Assembly: GCA_040768745.1 (NCBI GenBank)
Contig: JAXGMI010000001.1
Location: forward strand, 480,001-544,000
Length of the DNA stretch: 64,000 bases
Direction of reading: 5' to 3'
DNA from: Desulfomicrobium sp.
GTDB taxonomy: Bacteria > Desulfobacterota > Desulfovibrionia > Desulfovibrionales > Desulfomicrobiaceae
The position numbers and the translations under genes were made by a program. Shown here piece by piece: positions 9,855 through 19,254 of this stretch; the stretch's first letter is position 1; every line of letters begins with the position of its first letter. Below the pieces are notes generated by a model, which saw only the letters and a list, made by a program, of their open reading frames with translations, made no database searches and was not told where the DNA came from.

Positions 9855-12164
9855 GTGAACCATCGTCCGCAGGAGGCGTTCACCATGGACCACGCGCGTC
9901 TTTCCCAGGAAGAATACGAGTTCCTCTCCTCGCCCCTCGAAAACAACGCACGCTGGAGGGAAACCCTGCCCTTGCGCCGCGTGCATCCCGATCTCGGCGC
10001 CTTCCTCCGGGACATGCCCGTGGGCCAGTGCGCCCTGATCTGCACCACCCCGGAACACGCCCGGGCCACCCTGGAACTCCTGCGCCGGGGCAGCCTGGAC
10101 GCCCAGATCCCCCTCCTGGGCTATGTCGAGGCCATGCCTGATCCGGACTTCGCCCCGGCCTGCGCCATGCTGCCCCGCACCGGCATCTCCCTTTTCGCCG
10201 CCGACGCCATGGTCCCGGAGCAGCTCGCCCTGCTCGCCCCGGCCCAGGGCCGGCCTGTCCGGTACGTGCATTCGGTGGACAGCCGCACCCTCCCGGCGGA
10301 ATCCCTGTACCGCCGGGCCGTGTCCCTGTCCCGCCTGGAGCACGGGGCCGTGACGGTCCTCACCCTGCTGTGCGGGCCCGTGCCTCCGGCGACCCTGGCC
10401 TGCGCGTTCCTCTCCTACCCCGCGGTGGTCGTGGATTCCGTGCTCTACCTCATGGACCAGCCCCGGCCGGAGGCCTGGACCTCCCAGGCCGCGGTGCCCG
10501 AGGCGTGGGATGTCGTGGCCGTCTTCCGGGACCAGCACCGCCTGCAGCAGAAAAGCCGGCTACTGGAGGGAATCCTGGATTGCGTGGATCTGCCCCTTGT
10601 GGCCGGATACGCCGACGGCGAACTCATGGGCGGGAACCAGGCCTTCCTGCGCCTGAGCGGCTATCAACGCGCCGACCTGCATGCCCATTTCCTGCGCGAT
10701 CTGGTCAGCAGGGAGTACGAGGCCGCGCAGGAAACTGTGTTCGAGGCCTTGCTGGCCACGGGCAGGGGCCAGGACCTGCGCACGGAGCTGCTTTCCGCCT
10801 CGGGCGCGCGCATCCCGTGCAGGTTGCAGCTGTTCGTGCACGCCGAAGACGGGCGGCCCCTTTTCTTCTGGGCCCTCTATGCCCCGGAGCAGATGGCCGC
10901 CGAGCCGGAGCAGGAACAGCTGACCGGCAGGGAACAGTTCCTCATCCGCCTGCAGGGCGCCCTGCAACGCTCCATCCGCCAGAAGGACTACGCCTTTGCC
11001 GTGCTGGTCATGGGCATCGACAACCACGGCATGGTCATGGAGCAGGTCGGAACCAGGGACAGGGACGAGTTTGCAGGCCTCCTGGCCAAGCGCGTGGACC
11101 GCTGCCTGCGCAGTCTGGACGTGCGCGCCCATCTCGACCCGCACCATTTCTTCATCCTGCTGGACGACGTGACCGACGTCATCGGGGCCGTGCGCGTCGC
11201 CCAGCGCATCCAGGAGGAAACCCGCAAGCCCTTCCGGTTGGGCCAGCGGGAGATGCTCATCACCTGCAGCATCGGCATGGTCCTGGCCCCCTTTTCCTAT
11301 GAGAACCCCGAGGAGATCCTGCGCGACGGGGAAACGGCCCTGCAGCGGGCCATGCAGCGCGGGGAGCGCCAGACCGTCGTGTTCGACGACCGGCAGAACA
11401 ACAGGGCCATGCAGTTCCTGCGCATCGAGACGGAGCTGCGCGGCGCCCTGCTGAACAACGAGGTGTGCATGCACTACCAGCCGGTCATGTCCCTGCAATC
11501 CGGGGCCATGCTCGGCATGGAGGCCTTCATGCGCTGGGAGCGCAAACACCGGGGGCTGGTCCGGGCCGAGCGGTTCCTGCCCTTTGCCGAGCACAGCGAC
11601 ATCATGTTCGAGCTGGAAGGCTGGGCCATCCGCCAGACCTGCAAGACCCTGGCCCTCATGCAGCGGCTGTGCGGGCCCGGTTTTTTCCTGGGCCTGAACG
11701 TGTCCCTGAAGAACATGCTCCGCATCGGTTTTCTGGAGGAGCTGGCCGCCGTGATCCAGGCCCACGACATCGACCCCGGCACCATCCTGCTGGAAGTGCG
11801 GGAGGCCTGGCTCCCGCAATTCGCGGAACGCTTTCCCGTGGTCCTCGGGCAGGTGGCCCGCCACGGCCTGGGCGTTGTCCTGGACCACTTCAACGCCAGG
11901 CGCACGTCCCTGCTGGACCTGCACCATCTCCCCCTGCGCGGGGTCAAGCTCGCGCCGTCCCTGATCGAGGACACGAACGTGGTCAAGAGCCTGGTGGCCA
12001 TCGCCAAGGCCGCGGGGATGCACATCCACGTCCCTGGCCTGGAACAGGCCGGCCAGATCGCGACCTTCCGGGATCTGGGCTGCGACTTCGCCCAGGGCGA
12101 AGCCCTGGCCCCGTCCATGACCGCCGAAAAGATCCAGGATTTCGCGGCGGAACGCTTCCGCTAG
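9855..12164 (+). CDS. Sensor (MEDS-like)-PAS-degenerate GGDEF-degenerate EAL protein
   Basis: PAS-like NQAFLRLSGY; GGDEF fold with LDPHHF in place of GGDEF; EAL domain HYQP..MEAFMRW with LDHFNA in place of DDFGTG; CDFAQG. Confidence 0.8.
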   Translation: MNHRPQEAFTMDHARLSQEEYEFLSSPLENNARWRETLPLRRVHPDLGAFLRDMPVGQCALICTTPEHARATLELLRRGSLDAQIPLLGYVEAMPDPDFAPACAMLPRTGISLFAADAMVPEQLALLAPAQGRPVRYVHSVDSRTLPAESLYRRAVSLSRLEHGAVTVLTLLCGPVPPATLACAFLSYPAVVVDSVLYLMDQPRPEAWTSQAAVPEAWDVVAVFRDQHRLQQKSRLLEGILDCVDLPLVAGYADGELMGGNQAFLRLSGYQRADLHAHFLRDLVSREYEAAQETVFEALLATGRGQDLRTELLSASGARIPCRLQLFVHAEDGRPLFFWALYAPEQMAAEPEQEQLTGREQFLIRLQGALQRSIRQKDYAFAVLVMGIDNHGMVMEQVGTRDRDEFAGLLAKRVDRCLRSLDVRAHLDPHHFFILLDDVTDVIGAVRVAQRIQEETRKPFRLGQREMLITCSIGMVLAPFSYENPEEILRDGETALQRAMQRGERQTVVFDDRQNNRAMQFLRIETELRGALLNNEVCMHYQPVMSLQSGAMLGMEAFMRWERKHRGLVRAERFLPFAEHSDIMFELEGWAIRQTCKTLALMQRLCGPGFFLGLNVSLKNMLRIGFLEELAAVIQAHDIDPGTILLEVREAWLPQFAERFPVVLGQVARHGLGVVLDHFNARRTSLLDLHHLPLRGVKLAPSLIEDTNVVKSLVAIAKAAGMHIHVPGLEQAGQIATFRDLGCDFAQGEALAPSMTAEKIQDFAAERFR

Positions 12165-12193
12165 GGAAAAACTGGTCAGATCCCTCTTGTTCT

Positions 12194-12545
12194 TGGTTCG
12201 ACACCTCCCGCTCGTGGTTCGACAAGCTCACCACGAACGGCGATAGTATCTCCGCTCAGGACACATGGTAATTCGTTGTTCCCGTTTATTGTGAGCCTCT
12301 CCGTTCCGTTCGTGGTGAGCCTCTCCGTTCCGTTCGTGGTGAGCCTCTCCGTTCCGTTCGTGGTGAGTCCCCGTTCGTGGTGAGTCCCCGTTCGTGGTGA
12401 GTCCCCGTTCGTGGTGAGCCTGTCGAACCATGGACGGAATCGTACATTTGCCGTTCGTGGTGAGCCTGTCGAACCATGGACGCAATCATGCATTTCCCGC
12501 TCGTGGCGAGCCTCTCCGTTCGTGGTGAGCCTGTCGAACCATGAA
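12194..12545. repeat. Cluster of REP-like CCGTTCGTGGTGAG(CCTGTCGAACCA) repeats with tandem expansions
   Basis: Full 26-mer at 12405, 12451, 12516; inverted copy 12215-12240; 3x24-bp (12291-12362) and 3x17-bp (12363-12413) tandem truncated units. Confidence 0.9.
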
Positions 12546-12717
12546 CGCAATCAGGGCGGCACCGACAGACGGCCCGGTTTGGAGCCGTTCTTCCAACCCC
12601 TCGAAATTACGCCTTGTGCCCTGCGCTGCCCCTGGGCTATGTCCAGAGCGTTTTGTGGCTTGGCCCGTCCGGGCCTGACCCCCCGTCCCTGCATCCCCCG
12701 CTCTGGAGGCTATTTTC

Positions 12718-14409
12718 ATGGCTCGTCCCAAAAAGAATGCCGCCGCACCCACCGCCACCATTGGCTTCGAGGCCAAGCTCTGGCTCGCGGCCGACAAGCT
12801 GCGCAACAACATGGACGCGGCGGAATACAAGCACGTTGTCCTTGGGCTCATCTTTCTCAAATATATTTCAGATACTTTTGAAGAGCACCGCGCCAAACTC
12901 CTGGCCGGAGAAGGCGACTACGCCGGGGCCAATCCCGGGGATGCCGACGAGTACCGCGCCGAAAACGTGTTCTGGGTTCCGGCCGAGGCCCGGTGGTCCC
13001 ATCTTCAAGCAAATGCCAAGCAGCCCACCATCGGCAAGATCGTGGATGATGCCATGGTCGCCATCGAGCGTGACAATCCGCGCCTCAAAGGAGTGCTGCC
13101 CAAGGATTACGCCAGGCCCGGTCTCGACAAGCACCGCCTGGGCGAACTCATCGACCTGATCGCCACCATCACTCTCACGGCAGCCAGCGAGGGCGAACAG
13201 ACGCACCGTTCCGTTGATCTGCTCGGGCGCGTGTACGAATATTTCCTGACCCGCTTTGCCAGCGCCGAGGGCAAGAACGGCGGGCAGTTCTACACGCCAT
13301 CCTGTGTCGTGCGCTGTCTGGTCGAGATGCTCGCGCCGTACAAGGGGCGCATTTATGACCCCTGTTGCGGCTCTGGCGGCATGTTCGTGCAGTCCGAAAA
13401 ATTCGTGGAAGCCCACGGCGGCAAGGTTGGGGACATCAGCATCTACGGGCAGGAGAGCAATTCGACCACCCGGCGCCTGGCCGTCATGAACCTGGCCCTG
13501 CGCGGCATCGAGGCCGACTTCGGCCCTGAACACGCCGACACCTTCCGCCGAGACCTGCATCCTGACCTGCGAGCCGACTATGTTCTGGCCAATCCGCCCT
13601 TCAATGATTCGGACTGGTTCCGCAAGGACGATGACGTGCGATGGCAGTTCGGCATCCCGCCCAAGGGCAACGCCAACTTTGCCTGGGTGCAGCACTTTAT
13701 CCACCATCTTGCGCCCCAGGGCATGGCCGGTTTTGTCCTGGCCAATGGCAGCATGTCTTCCAACCAGTCAGGCGAAGGCGACATACGCCGCGCCCTGATC
13801 GAGGCCGACCTTGTGGACTGCATGGTGGCGCTGCCCGGTCAACTCTTCTACAGCACGCAGATTCCGGTCTGCTTGTGGTTTATTTCCCGCGACAAATCAG
13901 GCGGGAAACCCTCAACCCGTCCTCTCGGCCACCCTTCTCCCACTGGGAGAAGGGCTGGGGATGAGGGGCGTTTGCGCGACCGAAGGAAGCAAACGCTGTT
14001 CATAGACGCCCGCAAACTCGGCACTTTGATCGACCGCGTTCACCGAGAACTGACCGACGCTGATTTGGAGAAAATCGCCACTACCTATCACCGTTGGCGA
14101 CGGGCAGGATGCCCAAGTGCCGCGGAGGCCAGGACGGCCGAGAGCGGCCGAGGAGACAACGGCGCGACCGAATACGAAGACATCGCCGGTTTCTGTAAAT
14201 CCGCCACTACTGCCGAAATTGCTGCGCATGGTTTTGTGCTGACGCCGGGGCGTTATGTCGGGGCTGAGGAGGTTGAAGATGATGGGGAGCCCTTTGAGGA
14301 CAAGATGAAGCGGTTGGTGGCTGAGTTGACGGGATATTTCGAGGAGTCGGCGAAATTAGAGCTAAGTATACGCAACAACCTAGCAAGTATTGGATTCAAA
14401 TTGAAATGA
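12718..14409 (+). CDS. hsdM: Type I restriction-modification methyltransferase subunit M
   Basis: [31 protein letters not shown] (N6-adenine MTase motif IV), LTPGRYVG. Confidence 0.96.
   Translation: MARPKKNAAAPTATIGFEAKLWLAADKLRNNMDAAEYKHVVLGLIFLKYISDTFEEHRAKLLAGEGDYAGANPGDADEYRAENVFWVPAEARWSHLQANAKQPTIGKIVDDAMVAIERDNPRLKGVLPKDYARPGLDKHRLGELIDLIATITLTAASEGEQTHRSVDLLGRVYEYFLTRFASAEGKNGGQFYTPSCVVRCLVEMLAPYKGRIYDPCCGSGGMFVQSEKFVEAHGGKVGDISIYGQESNSTTRRLAVMNLALRGIEADFGPEHADTFRRDLHPDLRADYVLANPPFNDSDWFRKDDDVRWQFGIPPKGNANFAWVQHFIHHLAPQGMAGFVLANGSMSSNQSGEGDIRRALIEADLVDCMVALPGQLFYSTQIPVCLWFISRDKSGGKPSTRPLGHPSPTGRRAGDEGRLRDRRKQTLFIDARKLGTLIDRVHRELTDADLEKIATTYHRWRRAGCPSAAEARTAESGRGDNGATEYEDIAGFCKSATTAEIAAHGFVLTPGRYVGAEEVEDDGEPFEDKMKRLVAELTGYFEESAKLELSIRNNLASIGFKLK
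13909..13968. repeat. Palindromic repeat (CCCTTCTCCC-N3-GGGAGAAGGG family) in-frame inside hsdM
   Basis: 13932-13968 matches 20354-20390 at 35 of 37 nt; encodes [12 protein letters not shown]. Confidence 0.85.
14102..14149. repeat. Double-hairpin element in-frame inside hsdM
   Basis: GGGC-AGGAT-GCCC then GCCGC..GGCC-AGGAC-GGCC..GCGGC; encodes [15 protein letters not shown]. Confidence 0.55.
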
Positions 14410-14639
14410 GTGCACCGAAACAACGACAACGAGGGGTGTTCCACGAACCACTCCGCCCGAAGGATACTGCGACTCAAACCGAAGGATGTCGACATACTAA
14501 TCCCGATATTTGTTCCAACAATCAATTGTTCGATGTCTGTGCTTTCGTTCGGGCTGATAAAATGTGCATGCGTCCTCCTCGCTCATGGGCAAGGCAATAC
14601 GAAGTGTTGAAGACTCTTAAAATGAGATCAACAATATGA
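14406..14639 (+). CDS. Small Cys-rich hypothetical protein (77 aa)
   Basis: ATGA overlap with hsdM stop; [10 protein letters not shown]...[11 protein letters not shown]; fills the hsdM-hsdS gap. Confidence 0.65.
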   Translation: MSAPKQRQRGVFHEPLRPKDTATQTEGCRHTNPDICSNNQLFDVCAFVRADKMCMRPPRSWARQYEVLKTLKMRSTI

Positions 14640-14669
14640 TGCTGCAGTCCGAAATAATCATTAGGAGAT

Positions 14670-15971
14670 TTGGGCATGGCGGGTGATTGGCAAACAGCAC
14701 CTCTTTCAGAACTCTGTGAGCAAATTGTTGACTGCCCACATTCGACCCCCTTGTGGACGAACTCCGGCGTTATTGTTTTGCGAAATCAAAACATCCGCAA
14801 TGGTAGGCTGGACCTCAGTTCTCCAAGCTTCACGGACGAAGCTCATTTCGAGCAACGAAGTCGACGAGCCAAATTGAAAGCTGGTGACCTCGTACTTACG
14901 CGTGAAGCACCGATGGGTGAGGTATGTCTAATTCCCGAAGGGCTGCGCTGCTGTCTCGGTCAACGTATGGTCATGCTCAGACCTGATCAGAAAAAGTGCG
15001 ATTCACGTTTTTTGCTCTATTCGATTCAATCTGACGTAGTTCAGCATGAAATCAAAGTGAACGAAGGAACTGGCTCGACGGTAAGCAATCTGCGGATTCC
15101 TTTGCTGGAGGCTTTGCCTATCTTCTTCCCATCGCTCACCGAACAAAAAACCATCGCGGCCGTGCTTGGGGCGCTGGACGACAAGATCGAATTGAACCGG
15201 CGGATGAATGCGACGCTGGAAGCGATGGCGCGGGCGCTGTTCCAGAGCTGGTTCGTGGATTTCGACCCCGTCCGCGCCAAACTTGATGGCCGCCAGCCTG
15301 TGGGGATGGATGAGGCTACGGCGGCGTTGTTTCCGGAGCACTTGGAAGATTCACCACTCGGACATATTCCCAAGGGCTGGGCGGCAGGCAGACTCGGCGA
15401 CATTGGCACGAACTTACGGCGCGGCGTACAGCCTAGCGACATTGCACCGAACACGCCATACATCGCCTTGGAACACATGCCGCGCCGAAGCATCGCGCTC
15501 GGCGATTGGGACGGCTCACCCGCCGTGGCAAGCGGCAAGTCCATTTTTAAGAAAGGCGAAATCCTCTTCGGCAAGCTACGGCCCTACTTCCATAAAGTCG
15601 GTGTTGCCCCGTTCGATGGCGTCTGTTCCACCGATATTCTCGTCCTCGCACCGAAAAGTCCCGAGTGGTTCGGCTTCCTCCTCGGCCACGCAAGCAGCGA
15701 CGAACTGATTCAATTCACCGATCTTGCCTCCACCGGAACTAAGATGCCGCGTACGAACTGGAGAGACATCAGTTCCTTCAGAGTCGTCCTGCCGCCGAAG
15801 TCCATCGCCACCACCTACACGCGTAACATTCAACCGATGCTCGACCGCATTTACGCCAACCTCCACCAATCCCGCACCCTCGCCACCCTGCGCGACACGC
15901 TGCTGCCGAAGCTGCTGAGCGGGGAGTTGAGTGTGGCGGCCTTGGAATCCAAATTGGCGGCAACCCAATGA
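14670..15971 (+). CDS. hsdS: Type I R-M specificity subunit S
   Basis: Two TRDs; central conserved PSLTEQKTIAAVLGALDDKIELNRRMNATLEAMARALFQSWFVDF; C-terminal LATLRDTLLPKLLSGEL. Confidence 0.95.
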   Translation: MGMAGDWQTAPLSELCEQIVDCPHSTPLWTNSGVIVLRNQNIRNGRLDLSSPSFTDEAHFEQRSRRAKLKAGDLVLTREAPMGEVCLIPEGLRCCLGQRMVMLRPDQKKCDSRFLLYSIQSDVVQHEIKVNEGTGSTVSNLRIPLLEALPIFFPSLTEQKTIAAVLGALDDKIELNRRMNATLEAMARALFQSWFVDFDPVRAKLDGRQPVGMDEATAALFPEHLEDSPLGHIPKGWAAGRLGDIGTNLRRGVQPSDIAPNTPYIALEHMPRRSIALGDWDGSPAVASGKSIFKKGEILFGKLRPYFHKVGVAPFDGVCSTDILVLAPKSPEWFGFLLGHASSDELIQFTDLASTGTKMPRTNWRDISSFRVVLPPKSIATTYTRNIQPMLDRIYANLHQSRTLATLRDTLLPKLLSGELSVAALESKLAATQ

Positions 15972-17627
15972 ACCGTATGTTTCCAGCCCCAACGGGGCAT
16001 TATGCGATAGCCCAGGGCAACGCCCTGGGTTCATGGGCACACCCATTCGCAAGCCCTGAAGGGGCGGCATGGTTTTACGGGACCATGGATGGATCGACAC
16101 ACAATATTCCGCCCCTTCAGGGCGGGATTTCCTATGGGCCTTGTTCTTGTTCCCAGGGCGTTGCCCTGGGCTTTCACCGTACGCCCCGTTGGGGCTTTGA
16201 ATCATTTGGCGGCGATCCAATGAACCGCTTGCTTCCAACCCCTTCGGGGTATCATGCGACGGCAATCCAATTGAACCGTTTGGCTACAATCCAATGAACC
16301 GTCTGTTTCCAACCCCAACGGGGTATCATGCGATAGCCCAAGGCAACGCCCTGGGTTCATGGGATATACGTCCCACCAATTTCCCAAGCCCTGAAAGGGC
16401 GACATGGTTTTTCGCATCAACCGATGATCCCCCGCACAATATTCCGCCCCTTCAGGGCGGGACTTCGTATGGTCATGTTCTTGTTCCCAGGGCGTTGCCC
16501 TGGGCTTTCACCGTACGCCCCGATGGGGCTTTGAACCATTTGGAGGCAACCCAATGAACGGTTTGTTTCCACCCCCAATGGGGTGTCGTCATACATCGGC
16601 AATCCGATTGAATCATTTGGCGGCAACCCAATGAACCGCATGTTTCCAGCCCCAACGGGGCACCATGCGATAGCCCAGGGCAACGCCCTGGGTATTGGGG
16701 CACACACATTTCCAAGCCCTGAAGGGGCGATATGTTTTTACGGGACCATGGATGGATCGGCCAATATTCCGCCCCTTCAGGGCGGGATTTCGGGCCTTGT
16801 CCCCAGGGCAACGCCCTGGGTTCATGGGATATACGTCCCACCAATTTTCCAAGCCCTGAAAGGGCGACATGGTTTTACGAGATCATGGATGGATCGACAC
16901 ACAATATTCCGCCCCTTCAGGGCGGGACTTCGATGGGCGTTGTTCTTGTCCCCAGGGCGTTGCCCTGGCGGCCCCGTTGGGGCTTTGAATCATTTGGCGG
17001 CAACCCAATGAACGGTTTGTTTCCGCCCCCAATGGGGTGTCGTCATACATCGGCAATCCGATTGAATCATTTGGCGGCAACCAAATGAACCGTTTGCGTC
17101 CAGCCCCAACGGGGCATTACGCCCAGGGCAACGCCCTGGGTGCATGGGCACACACATTTCCAAGCCCTGAAGGGGCGACATGGTTTTACGGGACCATGGA
17201 TGGATCGGCACGCAATATTCCACCCCTTCAGGGCAGGATTTCATATGGACCTTGTTCTTGTTCCCAGGGCGTTGCCCTGGGCTTTTCACCGTACGCCCCG
17301 ATGGGGCTTTGAACCATTTGGGGGCAACCCAATGAACGGTTTGTTTCCACCTCCAATGGGGTGTCGTCATACATCGGCAATCCGATTGAATCATTTGGCG
17401 GCAACCCAATGAACCGCATGTTTCCATTTGCGATAGCCCAGGGCAACGCCCTGGGTACACACACATTTCCAAGCCCTGAAGGGGCGGCATGGTTTTACGG
17501 GACCATGGATGGATCGGCACGCAATATTCCGCCCCTTCAGGGCGGGACTTCCTATGCGCCATGTTCTTGTTCCCAGGGCGTTGCCCTGGGTATTTGGGTA
17601 CACACATTTCCAAGCCCTGAAGGGGCG
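15954..17627. repeat. Tandem array of six nested fold-back (REPIN-like) units plus the left arm of a seventh
   Basis: Unit A(GCCCCAACGGGGC)-B(CCCAGGGCAACGCCCTGGG)-C(AGCCCTGAAGGGGCG)-~40 bp-C'-B'-A'; C at 16052, 16387, 16715, 16852, 17163, 17472, 17613. Confidence 0.93.
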
Positions 17628-17634
17628 TAATCTT

Positions 17635-18087
17635 ATGCCGCAATCCCTCGCCCAAATCCTCGCACATCTGGTCTTCTCGACGAAAAACCGGGAACCGTCA
17701 CTGGCTGATGACATCCGCGATGAACTTCACGCGTACATCGGCGGCATTGTTGGAAACCAAAAAGGGACGCTGCTCAAAGCTGGCTCGGTTGCCGATCATA
17801 TCCACCTGCTGATCGCCATGCCCCGCACCTGCGCACCTGCCGATCTGGTTCAGGAAATCAAAACCAGCTCGTCAAAATGGCTGAAAACAAAATCGTCCTG
17901 TTCCACTTCTTTTCACTGGCAGGGTGGATACGGCATTTTTTCGATCAGCCCGTCCCATCGTCCGACACTAGAGAAATACATTGAAAATCAGGCAGAGCAT
18001 CACCGCGCGGTGACGTTTCAAGAGGAATACCGGCATTTGCTGCTCAAATACGGCATTGAATACGACGAACGATATGTCTGGGATTAA
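17635..18087 (+). CDS. tnpA: IS200/IS605-type HUH Y1 transposase, REP-associated (RAYT-like), 150 aa
   Basis: MPQSLAQILAHLVFSTKNR, HUH motif DHIHLL, WQGGYGIFSIS, catalytic Tyr in KYIENQAEHH; no tnpB; flanked by palindromes. Confidence 0.92.
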   Translation: MPQSLAQILAHLVFSTKNREPSLADDIRDELHAYIGGIVGNQKGTLLKAGSVADHIHLLIAMPRTCAPADLVQEIKTSSSKWLKTKSSCSTSFHWQGGYGIFSISPSHRPTLEKYIENQAEHHRAVTFQEEYRHLLLKYGIEYDERYVWD

Positions 18088-18096
18088 AGAAGATTT

Positions 18097-18178
18097 CGCC
18101 CTTTCAGGGCTTGGTTTGTCTGGTGACATTGCCCCCAGGGCGTTGCCCTGGGCTATCGCTTTGTGCCCCTTTGGGGCT
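18097..18178. repeat. Right arm (C'-B'-A') of the repeat unit enclosing tnpA
   Basis: CGCCCTTTCAGGGCT at 18097, CCCAGGGCGTTGCCCTGGGCTATCGC at ~18134, GCCCCTTTGGGGCT at 18165. Confidence 0.9.
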
Positions 18179-18201
18179 GTGAATTGGAAGGAATAAAACC
18201 C

Positions 18202-19254
18202 ATGAGCAAAGATTCCGAGACACCACCGCCACCGGGCGGCCAGTTCCTCGTTTACCAGGCGGAAGACGGAAAGCTGAAGATCGACGTGCGGTTTGACGGC
18301 GAGACCGTCTGGCTGACGCAGCAGCACATGGCCGAGCTGTTCCAGACGACCCAGCAAAACATCAGTCTGCATCTCCAGAACATTTACGCAGAGAATGAAC
18401 TGCAGCTTGAGGCAACTCACAAGGAATCCTTGTCAGTTCGGCAGGAAGGCGCACGATCCGTCCGGCGACGTTTGGATTTCTACAATTTGGACGCCATTCT
18501 TTCCGTTGGCTACCGGGTGAAAAGCGTCGTAGCCACCCGCTTTCGCATCTGGGCCACCCAGCGACTTCGGGAATACATCGTCAAGGGTTTTATCCTCGAC
18601 GATGAGCGGTTGAAGAATCCGGACCAGCCCTTCGACTATTTCGAGGAGTTGATGCGGCGGATTCAGGACATCCGCACTTCGGAGCGGCGGTTCTACCAGA
18701 AAATCACGGACATCTACGCGACGAGTATCGACTACGATCCCACCCAAGAGGTCAGCCTGCAATTTTTCAAGACGGTGCAAAACAAGATTCATTGGGCCAT
18801 CACCGGGCAGACGGCCGCCGAGATCGTCCATGAACGAGTGGATGCGACGAAGCCCAACCTCGGCCTGACGAACTGGCGGGGCGCGGTGGTCCGCAAGCAT
18901 GATGTCGTCATCGCCAAGAACTATCTGAGTGAGCCGGAGTTGGAGGCGCTGAACAATCTCGTGGAGCAATACCTGATCTTCGCCCAGGGTCAGGCCATGC
19001 GGCGGGTTCCGATGCATATGGCGGACTGGATCGAGAAGTTGAACGGGTTTCTGACCTTGAATGACCGCGATATTCTCACCCATGCCGGACGTATTTCGCA
19101 CGAGATGGCGCAAACCAAGGCCGAGTTGGAATACGATAAGTTCAAGGCGCTCGCCGCCAGTGCCCCAAGACCCGTGGACGCGCATTTCGAACAGGCCACC
19201 AAAGACCTCAAGAAACTGCCGAAGCCGAAGAAACCCAAGCCCCAACAGCCATGA
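18202..19254 (+). CDS. rhuM: Virulence RhuM family protein
   Basis: [74 protein letters not shown] overlap with hsdR. Confidence 0.9.
   Translation: MSKDSETPPPPGGQFLVYQAEDGKLKIDVRFDGETVWLTQQHMAELFQTTQQNISLHLQNIYAENELQLEATHKESLSVRQEGARSVRRRLDFYNLDAILSVGYRVKSVVATRFRIWATQRLREYIVKGFILDDERLKNPDQPFDYFEELMRRIQDIRTSERRFYQKITDIYATSIDYDPTQEVSLQFFKTVQNKIHWAITGQTAAEIVHERVDATKPNLGLTNWRGAVVRKHDVVIAKNYLSEPELEALNNLVEQYLIFAQGQAMRRVPMHMADWIEKLNGFLTLNDRDILTHAGRISHEMAQTKAELEYDKFKALAASAPRPVDAHFEQATKDLKKLPKPKKPKPQQP

Noticed and set aside
12291..12545. CRISPR mini-array, or repeat-protein ORFs (TERLTTNG etc.)
   Set aside because: No unique spacers; the ORFs are translations of tandem DNA repeats in several frames
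12612..12642. Degenerate B-type palindrome upstream of hsdM (GCGCTGCCCCTGGGCTAT)
   Set aside because: Only a half-site similarity; could be chance in GC-rich DNA
15954..17627. CRISPR array interpretation of the large repeat region
   Set aside because: Spacers are homologous to each other, repeats alternate in orientation, the period is ~140-330 bp, and there are no cas genes
17635..18254. IS605/TnpB RNA-guided (OMEGA) system
   Set aside because: No RuvC-containing TnpB/IscB next to the Y1 gene; the downstream gene is RhuM. The IS66 TnpB is an unrelated protein
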